Source of the DNA: a virus | Taxonomy: Duplodnaviria > Caudoviricetes | Strand: one strand, 5' to 3' | DNA: 53,782 nucleotides | Virus record (IMG/VR): IMGVR_UViG_3300034375_007338 | Coordinates: 1-53,782 of that record | In this document: in pieces, positions 18,278 to 27,782 of the stretch | How the letters are laid out: every line of letters starts with the position of its first letter | Numbering within the stretch: position 1 is the stretch's first letter | Translations under genes and position numbers: made by a program | The notes under the pieces: model-generated | What the model was told of the DNA's origin: nothing | Databases searched by the model: none | The model's input: the letters and a program-made list of their open reading frames with translations, nothing else

Positions 18278-18567
18278 TGAGTAACGAAGACGAAGAGACT
18301 CTCCTTGAGTGGGGTCCCGACGAGGTCAAGATGTTTCATGACCTCAAGCACGCCAACCTGCTGGACCCGTGGCGAGACATGGTCGATAGGGCCATCAAGC
18401 TCATGACGGGCGTGGAGGCAGTAGACGAAGACTGGTGTGACAACTACCCGGCTTATGTTGCTCACCTGGAAGTCCAGGCGCTGCACATCATGGATTCTCG
18501 CCGCGAGGCGTTCAATTCGGACTACCAGTCCCGCAAGCAGTCAAGGCCGCGTAGGGGCTACGATTGA
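18277..18567 (+). CDS. Hypothetical protein
   Basis: TAATG coupling to the polymerase gene. Confidence 0.75.
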   Translation: MSNEDEETLLEWGPDEVKMFHDLKHANLLDPWRDMVDRAIKLMTGVEAVDEDWCDNYPAYVAHLEVQALHIMDSRREAFNSDYQSRKQSRPRRGYD

Positions 18568-18570
18568 GCC

Positions 18571-19125
18571 GTGCGGATAGTCGCGTTTGACCCAGGGCTG
18601 CACCACTTTGTGTGGACATCCACGTCGTGGTCCGACGACGGTGCGCTCCAGGGAGTCGAGCAGGTAGGGCTTCTAGAACGCAAGAAGCCTCTGAGAAAGG
18701 GGCTGGACGCAGTCACAGACACAGTCAAGATGCTGACCAGCTGTGATATTGCCTCCTTATTTCCCCAGGAGCCCTACGACCGCTTCGAGGTTGTGCTGGT
18801 CGAGACTCAGCACTTCAAAGCACGGAACGTCCGCAAGGAGGACATCCGAGACCTAGCTATGGTCACCGGGGCTCTCGCGGCAGCGTTGGGCAGGGAAATC
18901 CAGTGGGCACCCACAGGCCAGGGTGGTTGGTCCACTACCAAGAAAGACATCCGCCGCGAGCGGCTGATCCAGTACTACCTGCCTGACGCCGACCTGAGCA
19001 AAGAGCACTTCGACTCCGTGCTGGTAGGTCACAAGCGAATCACGAAGCGGCAGTACCACGACGCAATCGACACTGTCGGCATGGCGCTTTGGCACGCCCG
19101 TGGACGCCCTCGGCAGGGCGTCTAG
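18571..19125 (+). CDS. RuvC-like Holliday junction resolvase
   Basis: IVAFDPG, VLVETQ, HDAIDTVGMA acidic tetrad. Confidence 0.8.
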   Translation: MRIVAFDPGLHHFVWTSTSWSDDGALQGVEQVGLLERKKPLRKGLDAVTDTVKMLTSCDIASLFPQEPYDRFEVVLVETQHFKARNVRKEDIRDLAMVTGALAAALGREIQWAPTGQGGWSTTKKDIRRERLIQYYLPDADLSKEHFDSVLVGHKRITKRQYHDAIDTVGMALWHARGRPRQGV

Positions 19126-19667
19126 ACCCCAGCCATCAGCTTGTGCGCCAGGGCGCTTAGAGCAGCTGCCACGGCCCCCAGCAAGGCAGTCAGCGCCCCC
19201 AGCAGCTTCTTGTTGTCTCGCAAGAAGCTCGTGATCACGATCGAGCTGTCCACACGAACGTCTTGGCAGTCCGTAGCCCGTCGCTTGCCTGAGTGGACGT
19301 TCACCTTCGGGACGATCTGGTTCAAAAAGAACTCAAAGCTGCCGTCCTCCTTTTTGATGGGCCACACGACCAAGTCGATCTGAACCGGGTAGCCGCTCTT
19401 CTTGAGGTAGGTCTTCGTCATGCGGAAGTGACTCAGCTCCCCTCGCGCCACTTGATCCTTCATGGCCACGGTCGCCATCACGTCTGAAGGGTGCGTGATA
19501 TCTTGGTAGGTCAGAGCCTCAAGCTCGACCTGCGAGTACTCCAGCAGCTCACACAGCTTCTGGTTGACGGCCATGAACTTGCCGTCTTCGGACACAAGAC
19601 AACAGCCGACCTCCGCAAGCCGCCAGAACTTCTCCAGCACTCGCCTCTCTACTGCTTCGAGCTTCAT
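19122..19667 (-). CDS. Stand-alone PAS/PAC domain protein with C-terminal hydrophobic helix
   Basis: DGKFMAVNQKLCELLEYSQVEL..QDITHPSD..YLKKSG..IKKEDG, a classical PAS S-box/PAC signature; RRATD linker; LLGALTALLGAVAAALSALA. Confidence 0.9.
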   Translation of the reverse strand: MKLEAVERRVLEKFWRLAEVGCCLVSEDGKFMAVNQKLCELLEYSQVELEALTYQDITHPSDVMATVAMKDQVARGELSHFRMTKTYLKKSGYPVQIDLVVWPIKKEDGSFEFFLNQIVPKVNVHSGKRRATDCQDVRVDSSIVITSFLRDNKKLLGALTALLGAVAAALSALAHKLMAGV

Positions 19668-20221
19668 TAGAGGGTGATGTTGATGCGGATGTCCTTCGTG
19701 ATCTCTTTGAGGTAGCTGCGGGCGGTGGTCCTGGCTGTTCGGCCCAGGATCTCCGCAGCGTCTCGTTTGAACCTGCCCTTGGCCTTGATCACAAAGTTGG
19801 TCGGGGTCAGAGGAGCGGCGTAGTTGGTCAGGATCAGCCTGCCTTCTTTAATCGCTCGCTTGAACTCCTCCGGCGGCATATCCAGCCTGGAGTTTGAGGC
19901 TTCTTCGTAGGTACGGTGATACCCTCCGCGAAGCCTTGGGTCGTCCTCCAGCGGGTTCGCAAAGAACGCCAGCTTGCGGGGAGGTGCAATCGTGACCGCC
20001 TTTCGGCCTCGGTCGATGATGTTCGCCCAGAAGAACGGCGTCTCGACTCGGAACGAGAAGCCCTTTGGAGTTGGCTGAAGAGGTGTCCTGAAGAAGCTCT
20101 CTGCCAGGGTGGTCGAGTAGATGCCCGCTTCAGCAGCGAGGTTCGCGACGTACAAGTCCGCTATCTGGTCCGTGGCCTGCCGAAGGCCCGGTTCCAGACG
20201 ATCTACAAACTTGCGCGGCAT
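19667..20221 (-). CDS. Putative neck/tail-completion protein (HK97 gp10-like)
   Basis: Basic protein directly after portal; FWANIIDRG resembles the YAxxxExG motif. Confidence 0.45.
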   Translation of the reverse strand: MPRKFVDRLEPGLRQATDQIADLYVANLAAEAGIYSTTLAESFFRTPLQPTPKGFSFRVETPFFWANIIDRGRKAVTIAPPRKLAFFANPLEDDPRLRGGYHRTYEEASNSRLDMPPEEFKRAIKEGRLILTNYAAPLTPTNFVIKAKGRFKRDAAEILGRTARTTARSYLKEITKDIRINITL

Positions 20222-21622
20222 CTACCGCCTCAGACCCTCGTCGGGATCCCTGTCGGGAGCAGCCGCCACTTGTTCGCGCTGACGCGCCACGGTGTTGAGA
20301 GCCGCCATGTCCATCGCCTCGTGCCACGTCTTGAAGCGGACCTTGGTTCCAGCAAAGCCACGAATCCCGCCGATGGTGGAGAACAGCGTGCGGTTCAGCC
20401 GCTTGGCAAGGTAGTTCTGAACAGGCGAGATGACGTTGCTCTGCATCGTCATGATGGCCTGAGCCATCTCGTTCGCCGCCCCCATCTTGCCAGGGGTCGT
20501 GATGCCTGCCAGAACAGGGGGGACTTGATTGGCTGAAGCAACCGAAAGGTTGATCGTGCCGTGCATATCCTGGAAGCCCGTGCCCTCAACGGAGTCGCCC
20601 ACCTTGATGTGCTCGACCCAAGCACGGTCCTTGGAAGAGCTGGGCATGGTGAACAACGCACTCTGACCTTGGCGCGAGCCAGATGCGCCGGACATCACCT
20701 CGCGCATCTTCAGCAGCTGCTCTCCGTTGATCGGCATGCCGCCCAGGAACAGCATGTTCTGCGGCATGCCCCCGTTAAACATGTAGTCACTGACGCGCTG
20801 AAGAGCACGCACGTCCACGTCCATGTACGGCACGGCAGCAAGCCAGTGGGGCGCTCCGTAGCCTTCCCAGCGCGTGGTGGGTCGAGTGAAGTCCACGACC
20901 TCGTTCAGGATCTCTTGGCGCTCAAGGCTGACTTCGTCGGCAGCTCGCAGTTCCTGCATCTTGCGCCAGCGGGCAAAGAGCACTTCACCATCGTTGTAGC
21001 CGTTGAAGAGCGTGAAGTAGAATCGGTCCCGGCGCTTGTCCAGGTAGTGCGTGCGGTACACGTCCGGGGCAGGCAACCAGTACAGCGAGGACACTTGATC
21101 GTCAGAGTCTCGTCCACACTCCATGTAGGCGTTGCCCACGCCCCAGTAGTTGCCCGCAACCTGGGCCATCAGGTGGTCGAAGTCGTGCTCGCACATCGAG
21201 TCGAGCGTGTCGTACAGCTCCTCGGTGCGCTCGTGGTCAATGACGGGCAGCTTGCCTGCCGCGTCGGCGGTGCTGCTCTGGGCCAGTCCGGCCTTGGCTT
21301 GCGCCGTAGCTTCCTCGTCGATGACGCCCAGCCCGCACCCGACAGTCGCGCTGACCAGAGTCGCTTGACACGACCCGTGGTACGGACTGACCTCGATCAT
21401 GGAGTCAGCAAGCTCCATGTTGAACGGATGCAGAACCTTGCCAGACTCTTGGGTCTTGCGCCCGCTGGCTTCTTGCCCCGGAAGGTCGCGAACCTTGTAG
21501 AGAGTCTTGCGAAGAGGCTCTTTGCTAGAGACCAAGTCGCCAGCTACCCAAGGAGTTGAGCTACCTCCAAAAGCGGCAGTGCCGTCTTCGAAAGGGTTAT
21601 TGCTAGATGTGCGATCTTCCAT
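20222..21622 (-). CDS. Portal protein (PBSX/HK97-like)
   Basis: SPYH, GNAYME, LYWLP, YGAPHW, FNGGMP, ANQVPPVLAG motifs; 466 aa. Confidence 0.9.
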   Translation of the reverse strand: MEDRTSSNNPFEDGTAAFGGSSTPWVAGDLVSSKEPLRKTLYKVRDLPGQEASGRKTQESGKVLHPFNMELADSMIEVSPYHGSCQATLVSATVGCGLGVIDEEATAQAKAGLAQSSTADAAGKLPVIDHERTEELYDTLDSMCEHDFDHLMAQVAGNYWGVGNAYMECGRDSDDQVSSLYWLPAPDVYRTHYLDKRRDRFYFTLFNGYNDGEVLFARWRKMQELRAADEVSLERQEILNEVVDFTRPTTRWEGYGAPHWLAAVPYMDVDVRALQRVSDYMFNGGMPQNMLFLGGMPINGEQLLKMREVMSGASGSRQGQSALFTMPSSSKDRAWVEHIKVGDSVEGTGFQDMHGTINLSVASANQVPPVLAGITTPGKMGAANEMAQAIMTMQSNVISPVQNYLAKRLNRTLFSTIGGIRGFAGTKVRFKTWHEAMDMAALNTVARQREQVAAAPDRDPDEGLRR

Positions 21623-21675
21623 AATGTAAGTAGGCCACTTGATCTTTGGTTAGCCTACTCGTAGTCAGTCTACTC
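21623..21675. promoter_or_regulatory. Divergent late control region with dyad AGTAGGC-N17-GCCTACT
   Basis: 53-bp gap between divergent portal and protease genes; inverted repeat at 21629..21635 and 21653..21659. Confidence 0.5.
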
Positions 21676-22719
21676 ATGGCAGTCAAACCGAAGAAGATCG
21701 TCGTCAGCAAAGTCACTCGCGTGGCTCTAGTTGACGAAGGGGCAAACCTCACGCCCGGCCTGTTCAAAAGTAAGGAAGGCGAAGAGGAACTGAATCTGGT
21801 TCCGATCATGAAGTCTGCTCCTGAAGAGGGGCTGCTCTACGGGATTGTCTATGCCCCGATGGTTGTGGACGCCCACGGGCACTACATGGACCGCGACAGC
21901 ATCAAGAAGGCGTGCCACAGCTTTGGAAGCTCGGGTATGTCTTTGGACCTGATGCACCAGGAGGACAGCCTCGACAAGGCCAAGGCGGCGGTTGTTGAGT
22001 CGTTCATCATGAACGGCCAGGACGACCGCTTCCCCTCTACAGACCACTTGGGCCGCGAAATCCCGCACGACGGGTCGTGGGCCATGACCGTACAGCTCTT
22101 CGACGAAGAGCTTCGAAAGCAGGCTCGGGAAGGCAATCTTGCTGAACTGAGTTTGACCTCTCCCCCGGATGGTTACTCCTTGGAGGAGCCGTCCGATTCT
22201 GAGCTGGCTCTCTTGAAGTCAGCGACGACAACCCCGGAGCCTAAGGAGGCCCCTGAGGAAACTCAGATGACCGATACCACCCCCGAAGACGGCGTCATGG
22301 ACGCCATCAAAGGTCTTTCCGAGGTCGTTGAGCGACTTGCGGAAGGGCTCACCAAGGAGGAAGCGCCTGTGGAAAAGGCGGTCGAGAAGAAGCTCGACCT
22401 GTCCGACGCCAAGGCCCTTCGCAAGCACCGCTTCGATGCCGCTGTCCGTGGCCTTCAGAAGCAGTTTGAGATTGAGGACGGCGACATCGCCTCCCTCGAC
22501 CTCGACGAACTCGATTCGTACATCGAGCAGCTGGAGAAGCTGAAGGCTGATCACGGCCAAGACGGCACCAAGGGCTCCGCTCGCAAATCTCTTCGCGAGC
22601 GCACTGTCGAGCAACCGGAAGAGGTCGGTTTCGAGTCGGAACTCAACTCGCTCCTGAAGGAGCTTGCCCCCCGTCACGAAGCTGCGAACGAGAAGGCTCT
22701 TAAGCGGTCCCGCCGCTGA
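21676..22719 (+). CDS. XkdF-like prohead serine protease with C-terminal scaffold
   Basis: LVDEGAN, YGIVYAPMVVDAHG, DLMH, VVESFI, GSW; acidic coiled-coil C-terminus; ATG 21676. Confidence 0.85.
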   Translation: MAVKPKKIVVSKVTRVALVDEGANLTPGLFKSKEGEEELNLVPIMKSAPEEGLLYGIVYAPMVVDAHGHYMDRDSIKKACHSFGSSGMSLDLMHQEDSLDKAKAAVVESFIMNGQDDRFPSTDHLGREIPHDGSWAMTVQLFDEELRKQAREGNLAELSLTSPPDGYSLEEPSDSELALLKSATTTPEPKEAPEETQMTDTTPEDGVMDAIKGLSEVVERLAEGLTKEEAPVEKAVEKKLDLSDAKALRKHRFDAAVRGLQKQFEIEDGDIASLDLDELDSYIEQLEKLKADHGQDGTKGSARKSLRERTVEQPEEVGFESELNSLLKELAPRHEAANEKALKRSRR

Positions 22720-22730
22720 GGTAGAAGAAC

Positions 22731-23234
22731 ATGGCTCTTCAAGAACGCAACATGATCAAGACCCGGACGCTTTACGCGGCCAAGGATCTTGAGATCACTC
22801 ACCAGCAGCAGGGCGTCTTCGCGGCGCTCGTCACGACGGGCGGCGGAACCTTCGACAAGGGCACCGTGGTCGTGGACACGCGCATCGACGACTCCACGCT
22901 GACCGGGGGCTCCACGAACCAGGGCGACCTGATCCCGTTCCTGACGCCCCTGGTCTACGACGCCACTGGCACCCCTGGTTGGCGCGTGTGGACTAACGGG
23001 CAGTCCGTTGACGCCTTTGCTGGGGGCCAGACTGGGCTCAGTCTCCACGAGACCGGACTCGTCAAGACTCTCGCCGCTGGTGAAACCATCGGCGTCGTCA
23101 TCCTCGGGGGCAAAGTGCCCGCCGACCAAGTCGTCCTCCCTGCTGGTGAAAGCCAGTCCAACCTCGACGCTGCCCTCAAGACGGGCATGCGAGCGAAGGG
23201 GTTCTTCATCCTCAACCTTGAAGGAGCTGCCTGA
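22731..23234 (+). CDS. Head decoration protein (lambda gpD-like)
   Basis: Position immediately before a gpE-like capsid; TPLVYD motif; small, Gly/Thr-rich. Confidence 0.65.
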   Translation: MALQERNMIKTRTLYAAKDLEITHQQQGVFAALVTTGGGTFDKGTVVVDTRIDDSTLTGGSTNQGDLIPFLTPLVYDATGTPGWRVWTNGQSVDAFAGGQTGLSLHETGLVKTLAAGETIGVVILGGKVPADQVVLPAGESQSNLDAALKTGMRAKGFFILNLEGAA

Positions 23235-24343
23235 TGCCCTCTTTTGACATGCAGGGTATGCGGAGCATTGACGTGCTCAAGACGGCATACCTCACCGCCA
23301 ACGTCCTCAACATCGAAGAGCCTGCGGGCCTTCTCAAGGGCCTTCTCGTTGACCCTGTCTCTCCGGTCTTCCCCGGTACGGACAGCATCGAGTTCGGTCG
23401 TGAGCAGCTCGGGCGCGAAGGCGCTCCGTTCATCCCGACTGAAGCCGCTGCGGTCTTCGTTGGTGATCGCACGCGCTCGATGACTGCGATGGACATCCCG
23501 AACATCGCCATGCGGAAGTCGATCCACTCGGGCGACATCGCGCAGGACCGTTCGATCGGTGACCAGATCTTCGTCAACGGTAGCGCCGCCACGACTCAGT
23601 CGAACGGCCTTGCCGCTCGCGTGGACCGCTACCAGCGTGACATGGTTCGTCGCATCGAGAACACCCTTGAGTGGTGGGTCAGCCGGATGCTGTCTGACGG
23701 CACGGTGACGTACTCGGACTCCAACTACGACGCCTTCAGCTACGACTTCGGTCGCAGCGCGGACCTCACGGTCACGCTGACGGGTGGTGCTCAGTGGGAC
23801 GAGACGACCGCCGAGCCCATCGAGGACATCCAGACGATCAAGCAGCTTGTCGCTGATAAGGAGTACTTGAGCGTCAACACGGCGATCTGTAGTCCTGAAG
23901 CTGCTGCTGCGATCCGCAAGGACCTGCCGCAGAAGTTCAACGCGCGGCTCGACAACCGCAACCTGGACGAGTTCCGTCAGACCTCGTACATCGACGTGAC
24001 GGCTCCCTACGCCCAGCAGGGCGCGGTGACCCCGATTGGTCGGATCAACGGCATCGACTTCTGGGAGTACAACCGCTCGGTCACCCTTTTCGGTGGCTCT
24101 TCGGTCCCGCTCGTGGACGCCAACTCGATCTATTTCATGCACGTCGGGCAGGGTGCTGACATCCGTCAGTTCTACGCCCCGGTGTACGACATGAAGGAGG
24201 CCCCCGGTCGCGCCATCAACACCGAGCTGTACTCGAAGTCGTGGTCCGTGGACTACCCCTCCGAGATGCAGATGATGGTTCAGACGCGCCCGCTGGTCGC
24301 TCCGTTCCGGCCTGACTTCTGCGCGAAGCTCATCTGCCTGTGA
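23234..24343 (+). CDS. Major capsid protein (lambda gpE family)
   Basis: APFI, RRIENTLEW, YDFG, W...PIEDI, YSKSW..DYP..QTRPL motifs. Confidence 0.9.
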   Translation: MPSFDMQGMRSIDVLKTAYLTANVLNIEEPAGLLKGLLVDPVSPVFPGTDSIEFGREQLGREGAPFIPTEAAAVFVGDRTRSMTAMDIPNIAMRKSIHSGDIAQDRSIGDQIFVNGSAATTQSNGLAARVDRYQRDMVRRIENTLEWWVSRMLSDGTVTYSDSNYDAFSYDFGRSADLTVTLTGGAQWDETTAEPIEDIQTIKQLVADKEYLSVNTAICSPEAAAAIRKDLPQKFNARLDNRNLDEFRQTSYIDVTAPYAQQGAVTPIGRINGIDFWEYNRSVTLFGGSSVPLVDANSIYFMHVGQGADIRQFYAPVYDMKEAPGRAINTELYSKSWSVDYPSEMQMMVQTRPLVAPFRPDFCAKLICL

Positions 24344-24352
24344 TTGCTACGC

Positions 24353-24400
24353 GAGGGGTGGTGCTTTCAAGCACTGCCCCTCGTTCCCACACCCCTTTCC
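24353..24400 (+). terminator. Hairpin/terminator after the capsid gene
   Basis: GAGGGGTGGTGCT-ttca-AGCACTGCCCCTC then a pyrimidine tract. Confidence 0.6.
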
Positions 24401-24411
24401 CCCTCTCTCTC

Positions 24412-24930
24412 ATGTCCAACGAAGTCTTCTATGTGGTCAAAGGCACCGTTCTTGCCCAAGGCAAGGTTCTGCTCACCCACAATCAAGTCATCCGCAACCA
24501 GGAACAGCTTCACTCAGTAGGTATCACCGAGCCTGCTGAGATCCAACGTCTGATCAAACTTGGCACTCTGGTGCCCAGCACAGTCGAGACGGTCGTGGAT
24601 GTTCAGAAGAACAAGGTGATGACCGCGCCCCAAGCAATCGGCAACGCCGCTGCTATCGGGACGTCGACCAAGGCCGAGCGCGTTGATGACGACGCTCTGT
24701 TCATCAACGACTCAAGCACTGCGCTGGGATACGACCAGCGTTACCTTGACCAGAAGTCGGATCACGAGCTTCGTGAAACCGTCAAGCAGGCGATCCCCGG
24801 CATGTCCGAGGAACACCTGAGCAACATGGGCCGCAGCCAGCTTGAAGACATCCTTCAGTCTGACCGTGGCAAAGGCTCCTCCTCGCAGGCCGAGCACACG
24901 CTTGGCGGCGACATCACTCCCGCAACCTGA
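24412..24930 (+). CDS. Hypothetical head-associated protein (MSNEVFYVV...)
   Basis: ATG 24412 downstream of the hairpin; position after capsid. Confidence 0.7.
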   Translation: MSNEVFYVVKGTVLAQGKVLLTHNQVIRNQEQLHSVGITEPAEIQRLIKLGTLVPSTVETVVDVQKNKVMTAPQAIGNAAAIGTSTKAERVDDDALFINDSSTALGYDQRYLDQKSDHELRETVKQAIPGMSEEHLSNMGRSQLEDILQSDRGKGSSSQAEHTLGGDITPAT

Positions 24931-24935
24931 TCTCG

Positions 24936-25559
24936 ATGGCAGCTTCCGCGACACCCCTGTTTGTGGCCGACAAGGCTACGCTCAAGGCATCTCTCCGTCT
25001 CGGAGGCTTGATCGACACCGACGCCGCTGACGACATCCTCAACGACGCCATGCTCAGGGCTCGGACGCTAATGATCCGGGTCCTGGGCGACGGGGCTGTA
25101 GCGACGCTCGCAGCCTTGCCTTCAACGGACAGCCCGACCACTCGGGAAGAAGTCCAGAAGGTCGAAGCGCAGCAGCTTGAGGTTGTGCTCACGAAGCGTT
25201 TCCTGCTGCCTGATTTGCCTTCTGCGTTCATGGATGACTCGGGGTCGATGCTGGACACCTACCAGCGCGAAGCTCCGTTCCGTCTGTCCAATCCGCAGGA
25301 GCGTGCCAAGCTCGTTATGGAGCTTGAGGCCCAGGCCAATGACATCTCTCGCCGCCTGTTGTCGGATATGCGTGCGGCCCAGAAGGTGGATGAGCTTTCT
25401 TCTGCGAGCAAGATCAGCGGGGTCGGAGCAGTCATGCTTGGCCCCGACAAAGAAGCGCCTCTGCTGACCTCGCGTGATGGTCACCTGACCAACTCGACCA
25501 CGCACTATGGTCCCGTTTCCTCCTACACCCAGCACCGTCTATGGCATCGCCTGTCGTAG
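24936..25559 (+). CDS. Putative head-tail adaptor
   Basis: Synteny; helical N-terminus LKASLRL..DDILNDA. Confidence 0.6.
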   Translation: MAASATPLFVADKATLKASLRLGGLIDTDAADDILNDAMLRARTLMIRVLGDGAVATLAALPSTDSPTTREEVQKVEAQQLEVVLTKRFLLPDLPSAFMDDSGSMLDTYQREAPFRLSNPQERAKLVMELEAQANDISRRLLSDMRAAQKVDELSSASKISGVGAVMLGPDKEAPLLTSRDGHLTNSTTHYGPVSSYTQHRLWHRLS

Positions 25560-25975
25560 AGATCACTGAGACTAGTAGGGAGATCGCCCTTCAAAACGAG
25601 ATCGACGACTACGTCCGGTCTCTGGCGGTCCCCAGGTTGTCTGTGACTCGCGACACTGACGGGTCGCTGATCCTGAACCAGACCACGAACTACGACACTC
25701 CTCGTAGCGTGTACGCACACCCGCTGGTGCAAGAGTTCCAGCCGGGCAGGTCTTGCTCCTCCGTCTCGGAACGGCGTCGTTGGCGCTGGAAAGTCACGGT
25801 AGAGTGGGACCGACAAGTCATCACTGACAGACTCATCGAGAAGTTGGCACATGAAGGTCTTCAAGCGAACGGCGCTTGGCTTCGTCTGCTTGACGTTGAG
25901 TCTCCTTACCGACCCAAGATCGACCCTGAGAAGGGCACGATCCTGATCCTCACCTTCGAGACACTCGTCAGGTAA
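25541..25975 (+). CDS. Putative tail terminator
   Basis: Synteny immediately before the tail tube gene; 144 aa. Confidence 0.5.
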   Translation: MASPVVEITETSREIALQNEIDDYVRSLAVPRLSVTRDTDGSLILNQTTNYDTPRSVYAHPLVQEFQPGRSCSSVSERRRWRWKVTVEWDRQVITDRLIEKLAHEGLQANGAWLRLLDVESPYRPKIDPEKGTILILTFETLVR

Positions 25976-25980
25976 CACCC

Positions 25981-27063
25981 ATGCCGTTTAACAACTCGGG
26001 AACCCCGAACTCCAGCAACCTGTCCATCCCCAGGGCGTGTGTCAAGATCGCGCTTCTGGACGACGCCGATAACCCCGGCCCCTGGCGCGATGTCGGTGAC
26101 GTTAGCTCCGCGCAGCTTTCGTTCGACACCACCGAGGCCGAGCACTACACGTCGTGCGGTGAGCAGCGTGTGCGTGACGCGCGAGTCGCCGTCGAGACGA
26201 ACATCGACCTCTCGATGACGTTCGACCACATCCTCGACACCGCCAACCTTGAGCTGATCTACGCCGCCGAGGCGATCTCTCAGGATTCCCCTGACGCTGG
26301 CTCAGCGGCGATCGGCGCGATCTTCCTGCCGAACATTGGTTACGCGGAACCCCCTGAAGACCCGACCGTTGCTGGCCGGACCTACAAGCTGTGGTCCGAT
26401 GGGCCGGGAAAGGTCTACGCTGGTGTGCCGTACTTGCCTTCAGGGACGACTCAGACCATTGACCCGGATGGAGCGGGAAGCAATCCTGCCTTTGTCCTGC
26501 CGACCTGGAAGCCGACGCATCACCTGTTCCAGGTGGACGCCAGTACGATTGAGATCGAGCTGGCTACGGGCACTGAGAACGATGCGTCCGGCGGCGGAAC
26601 CGCATACAACGCCGCTAGCGGCGCGTTCAGCGTCAACGCGGCCCAGGGGACGATCTTCATCCCGCAAGGGAGCCCTCTGTTGGACTCGGCTGTTTCGGGC
26701 AGCTACGCGACCATCGCAGGTGCTGCTAGCAACAACACCGATCCGAACGTCTGCATGAAGCTGACCTACAACGACACCAACGATTCCGCACCGCAGAAGC
26801 GTCCCGTCGTTCAAGGTCTGGCCAAGGCCAGTCGTGCCATCGCGATCCGCTTCGAGCAGCAGGACTCCAACCGCTCGGGCTACCGCGCCGTGGTCGAGGT
26901 CTTCAAGACGCGCCTCATTCCCTCGGGCGAAGTGGACCTCATCTCTGACGGCACGGACTTCTCCACGGCCTCCCTGGAGGGATCGGTTGAGCAGCCTGCG
27001 TGGATGGATGGCAGTGCTGGCCTTCAAGGGTTCTTCCACAAGTACGACGTGAAGGACTCCTGA
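25981..27063 (+). CDS. Major tail (tube) protein with inserted domain
   Basis: WRDVGD..EHYTS, NLEL, L-x-PSGE-x2-LISD..F..LEG pattern; synteny. Confidence 0.8.
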   Translation: MPFNNSGTPNSSNLSIPRACVKIALLDDADNPGPWRDVGDVSSAQLSFDTTEAEHYTSCGEQRVRDARVAVETNIDLSMTFDHILDTANLELIYAAEAISQDSPDAGSAAIGAIFLPNIGYAEPPEDPTVAGRTYKLWSDGPGKVYAGVPYLPSGTTQTIDPDGAGSNPAFVLPTWKPTHHLFQVDASTIEIELATGTENDASGGGTAYNAASGAFSVNAAQGTIFIPQGSPLLDSAVSGSYATIAGAASNNTDPNVCMKLTYNDTNDSAPQKRPVVQGLAKASRAIAIRFEQQDSNRSGYRAVVEVFKTRLIPSGEVDLISDGTDFSTASLEGSVEQPAWMDGSAGLQGFFHKYDVKDS

Positions 27064-27097
27064 GCCACCTGGGGCGAGAGCCCGAGGAGGAAAGGGT

Positions 27098-27130
27098 GGG
27101 GGCCAGGGTTTTTCACCCTGGCCCCCTATT
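27098..27130 (+). terminator. Hairpin after the tail tube gene
   Basis: GGGGGCCAGGGT-tttc-ACCCTGGCCCCC. Confidence 0.7.
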
Positions 27131-27149
27131 CCATTAGTATGCTGTAGCC

Positions 27150-27782
27150 ATGAGTAATCAAACTTGGATGGAGCCCCGCACCGAAATTCATGAGGTGAAC
27201 GGGCGAGAAGTGGTCTTCCACGAAGTTTCCGTGGGGATGTTCTCGAAGCTCCGCAACGTAGCCACCCTTTCCACCGACGCGATCATGCAGCTCATGCGGA
27301 ACCCCCGCGATGACGCAGGATCCCAGACCTCCTACAACCAGACGGGAGACGAGCAAGTCAGCAAAGACGAGACCCACCTTTCGGTCTCGCCGGAGCTGGC
27401 GCGGCACCACGAAGAGAAGCGCACCGAAGCGATCCACCAACTCGGTGAGGCTCTGATGGGTCAGACCAACCAGCAGCTGCTGTCAGAGTTCATCGCGGAC
27501 TCTCTGCGCCTCGACGGCGTTACAGGCAAGACGATGCTCGAAGACTGCGGGGCTGGTGTGTTCGTCGAGTGCCTGCTCGGGGCCTTGAAGGCCAACGCAG
27601 GAGTCTTCGGCCCTTTTTCGGGGGCGGTGCGTCAGATGCTGAACGTGAAGCTGGACGACGCCGCGCTCGGAGATCTGGCCGAGACCCTCAAACAGTCGAT
27701 GAGCGAAACGACCAGTCCTGGCGCACCGTCGCTGACTGTGTTGCCTACCTCGCCCGCAGAGGAAGCGATCCCAGCTACCTGA
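27150..27782 (+). CDS. Tail assembly chaperone (G)
   Basis: Position between tube and tape measure. Confidence 0.75.
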   Translation: MSNQTWMEPRTEIHEVNGREVVFHEVSVGMFSKLRNVATLSTDAIMQLMRNPRDDAGSQTSYNQTGDEQVSKDETHLSVSPELARHHEEKRTEAIHQLGEALMGQTNQQLLSEFIADSLRLDGVTGKTMLEDCGAGVFVECLLGALKANAGVFGPFSGAVRQMLNVKLDDAALGDLAETLKQSMSETTSPGAPSLTVLPTSPAEEAIPAT

